NCBI GenBank assembly: GCA_965209085.1
Contig: OZ242376.1
Location: 896,001 to 960,000, forward strand
Length of the DNA stretch: 64,000 nucleotides
Direction: 5' to 3'
Source: Nitrosopumilaceae archaeon
GTDB taxonomy: Archaea > Thermoproteota > Nitrososphaeria > Nitrososphaerales > Nitrosopumilaceae
This document shows positions 61,329-64,000 of the stretch, one piece after another; the stretch's first letter is position 1, and each line of letters starts with the position of its first letter. The position numbers were made by a program, and so were the translations under genes. The notes beneath the pieces are model-generated. The model did not search any database and had not been told where the DNA came from. It saw only the letters and a program-made list of their open reading frames with translations.

Positions 61329-61954
61329 TTTTTACGTTTTCCCATGCGCTGAAGTATTTATAATATTTATTGTTGTATTCGCCATTTTGGGATACAGTTA
61401 TACTTGAATTACAAAATGATGAATTACTGACATCTATAGTGTTGGTATCTTCGGGTGTAAATATACAAACAGAACCAACATGTACACCCACAAGTACGGC
61501 GCCATCCCCATGATAAACAATAGGAGCCCCATTATCGCCAATTCTAGATTTATAATTGTCAATTCCCATTTCAGTGTATGTTCCTTGAATACTATCTATT
61601 GTTACGTTTTTGAAAACAAGACTCCCATCATCATTATTATATTGACCGTATATGTTAATCGTGGACAAAACTTCCATGTCAGATAAAGTGCCATGAGTTA
61701 CAGTGAATATAGTACCGTTTAACATTCGTACGTGGTTTAATGGTGCAGTTGTGTCACTATTACTTGTCCGAATAAATGCCGCGTCATAATTTCCAATAGT
61801 ACCAATTCCATTCAATGTGGAAAATACCACTGTATTAGATAAATCATCCAGATTATGTGACAATGGAATTACGTGCGTTGGTTCGTAAAAGTTGCGTGGT
61901 GCGTATATGCTATGACCTGCCACTACAACACCATGATGGCCATTAGTGGTTGTA
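61309..61954 (-). pseudogene. truncated S1 protease domain (copy 2), catalytic Ser replaced by Asn
   Basis: AGH and YDAAF retained, GDNGAP instead of GDSGGP; 5' part replaced by the IS3. Confidence 0.85.
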
Positions 61955-63194
61955 TGGTGCGGATCCCTGTACAATGAGAACGTTTTTTGCATTAAAAATG
62001 ATAGGATCGGAGGGCTTATTTTATCATTGCCCTCCGTGCGAGACCAAATTCTGATGGCACCACACATCCTATTGCAGTGTACCTGGTTCTGATTATAGTC
62101 CTCAAAGGCGTATGATATTGCATTCTCTGCGTCCTAGAACGGCTCAAAGTCGCGCGGCCAGACATACTCTTTCTTGAGATTCTTGTGGAAGGATTCCACA
62201 TGAGCATTTTGCTCTGACGTGTGATAGTGGATGAATTCCTGCCTCACACCGTATACTTTTACAGCCTTGTCAAATTGCGCTAAAATATACTGGGAACCGT
62301 TGTCGGTTCTTAAAACAAGCTTTGAGCAGTCTGGTTTCTTGGATGCCAAAGCTTCAGTTAATGCTGCAATTGCACCGTCGGTAATAGCTCTTGACTCAAA
62401 CGCATATCCGACCCATTCGCGGGTAAATGCAAAGGATGTTGAATAGGTAACACCATCTGTCCTGACCGCACCAAATGTACGTCATGTCAGCTTTCCAGAG
62501 CTGATCCGGTCCTACAGGTTTTAGGCGCTTCCTTGAGCGAATAATCTCTTTTTTGGGTTTTGCAGACACACTCCGGCCCAGATAATGGTATATTTTCTTC
62601 ACTTTTTTGCAGTTTACTGGCCTGCCCGTAATACGGGACATGGTGGCAGCCATTCTTCGTGTTCCATATGTGGGTCTGCTCTGAGCAACCTGATGCACCA
62701 TCTTTGAGATTTCCTTGTCGATTTGAATAATGCGTGGTTTTTTCGGAGCGTACAGCATATTGTTTGATATTCCGGTATAACGTATGGATTTGCGTGTACT
62801 GAGGCCTTGTTTTTGCATGAGGGTCAATGCTTTCATTTTGTGCTCTCCTCTAACGTTTTTTTTAAAGCATCATTGGCTATGGTTAGATCTCCAATGATTC
62901 TCTTCAACTTGTCCATCTCATGATCGTGCTTTTTACTCTCATTACGATTATACGGTTTTTTTATGCCTGCCTTGCCACATTCAAAGAATATGTCCCTCCA
63001 CCGGGTAAAGGATGCCGGATTTATGTTATGTTTGCGACACAGTTCTGCAGGAGTGATGTGCGTGTTTATTGACTCCATGACGATACGCACCTTTTCGTCT
63101 GGAGCATGATGTGGTCTTTTCATTGATGGATACCTCCAAGACTGGGTAAAATTTGTTTCACTTTGGGTGTTCTCATTTTATGGGGTCCACTCCA
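61955..63194 (-). mobile_element. IS3-family element, inactivated
   Basis: Ends TGGTGCGGATCCCTGTACAATGAGAAC / GTTCTCATTTTATGGGGTCCACTCCA; orfA 62833-63123 ATGA-coupled to orfB (YGTRRM, WKADMTYI, TDNGSQY, VESFH), which has a frameshift and a stop; no TSD. Confidence 0.9.
62833..63123 (-). CDS. IS3 transposase OrfA (HTH)
   Basis: EKVRIV..AELCRKHNI...RW followed by a leucine-zipper-like tail. Confidence 0.88.
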   Translation of the reverse strand: MKRPHHAPDEKVRIVMESINTHITPAELCRKHNINPASFTRWRDIFFECGKAGIKKPYNRNESKKHDHEMDKLKRIIGDLTIANDALKKTLEESTK

Positions 63195-63252
63195 ATGCTT
63201 GATATCATATTTTGTATGCTAAAGGATAGGAGTGAATTTGAAATACATTATA

Positions 63253-63323
63253 GTTAAAGCAACAAACCGCGGGTTAGACTTTGGGGATGTTACCCCGGCT
63301 GCATAACTGCGGTAAGCTTTAAC
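63253..63323 (+). other. long GC-rich imperfect hairpin, candidate structured RNA
   Basis: Stacked stems gttaaagc/gctttaac, accgcgggtta/taactgcggt and ttgggg/ccccgg. Confidence 0.5.
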
Positions 63324-63471
63324 ATGTGGATAAATATGGTTGTGGGATTAAATCCTGAATGGATAGATGTCTTTTCATCTTTTGGTTGGAACCAGACACA
63401 TAGTGAAAGCCATACCGCATGACACAAAAAAGCAAGAAACCTTTAAAAAGTATTCACATGGATAAACTCTA

Positions 63472-64000
63472 TTATTCAAAGAGTTTATTCTTGCTAATCG
63501 TACTATCTTCGCCTATTAATCTATCGCCATTTACTTTGTACATGCCATACTCGCTAGACAAAGGCCACCATGCATCTGGAAAAATACGATGAGCTCTATC
63601 CACCATGATAAATACTTGATCTCCCTCATCATATAGTATCCTTGTAGAAGGAAATCTGTTTACAATCTCAATTGTATCGTGTTCATATTCTTCTGTACCT
63701 CCTAGTATTTCATCAACATTGAGAAAATATTTAGTGTATGATGATTCACATCTAGATGTACAATTTTCTTCCGTGACTGTTCCTTTTTCCATCGAAGTTA
63801 TTGTGCCGATCATTACGAGTTGTGCTATATCTTTTATTTCATACGGATCTGTTGTAGTAAATGAACCAAAAGATTTCATAGGTTTGGAATTAATTTCAGA
63901 TGCATCAGTCAAATTCAATGCGTGTGGATTGTCACTTGAGGTTTCTGATTTTTTAGTATTTTTCAAATCATCATTGTTCGTATGTATTTCCGAATTACTC
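63472..64000 (-). CDS. hypothetical protein, 5' end probably outside the window
   Basis: Frame is open to the window edge; C-terminal beta-rich domain (LVMIGTI, LNVDEILGG, GDQVFIM). Confidence 0.65.
   Translation of the reverse strand, partial: SNSEIHTNNDDLKNTKKSETSSDNPHALNLTDASEINSKPMKSFGSFTTTDPYEIKDIAQLVMIGTITSMEKGTVTEENCTSRCESSYTKYFLNVDEILGGTEEYEHDTIEIVNRFPSTRILYDEGDQVFIMVDRAHRIFPDAWWPLSSEYGMYKVNGDRLIGEDSTISKNKLFE

Larger units (their letters stand above)
59944..61954 (-). repeat. right arm of ~2-kb inverted duplication
   Basis: Matches 56388-58392; ends exactly at the IS3 terminus. Confidence 0.92.

Noticed and set aside
56388-61954. Diversity-generating retroelement (TR/VR pair) explanation for the variable repeats
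   Set aside because: Differences are not restricted to adenines, include indels, and no reverse transcriptase is visible in the window.

Overview
This 64 kb window comes from an ammonia-oxidising archaeon (Nitrososphaerota, Nitrosopumilaceae-like). The assignment rests on aRF1, PurP, non-discriminating AspRS with gatCAB, type II GAPDH, a CdvB/ESCRT-III paralogue, proteasome alpha, and a thaumarchaeal 'IPxW..WW..G..xD' C-terminal domain. Most of 4-52 kb is compact core genome: trpEG, ilvD, ilvA, purK, purP, thrC, bioA/bioD, HMG-CoA synthase, thiolase+DUF35, cbtAB, ccdA/dipZ and tRNA-Phe. There are three IS-rich accessory zones. (i) 1.4-3.8 kb holds a decayed IS5, a hicBA-like pair, an 81-bp MITE and IS end fragments. 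(ii) 21.7-24.5 kb is an IS nested inside another IS. (iii) 52.4-64 kb holds an IS-flanked dprA followed by an operon for a large secreted S1 serine protease and a membrane-anchored serpin. That operon is partly duplicated as a ~2-kb inverted repeat around IS110/IS630 remnants and cut by an IS3. The two copies are nearly identical except in the serpin reactive-centre loop and the protease specificity loops, which is the most striking signal in the window. Several Cys/His-rich microproteins below the ORF-track cutoff were found by manual translation. Serpins together with many ISs suggest a host-associated (e.g. sponge) lineage, but that is inference. No database searches were run.
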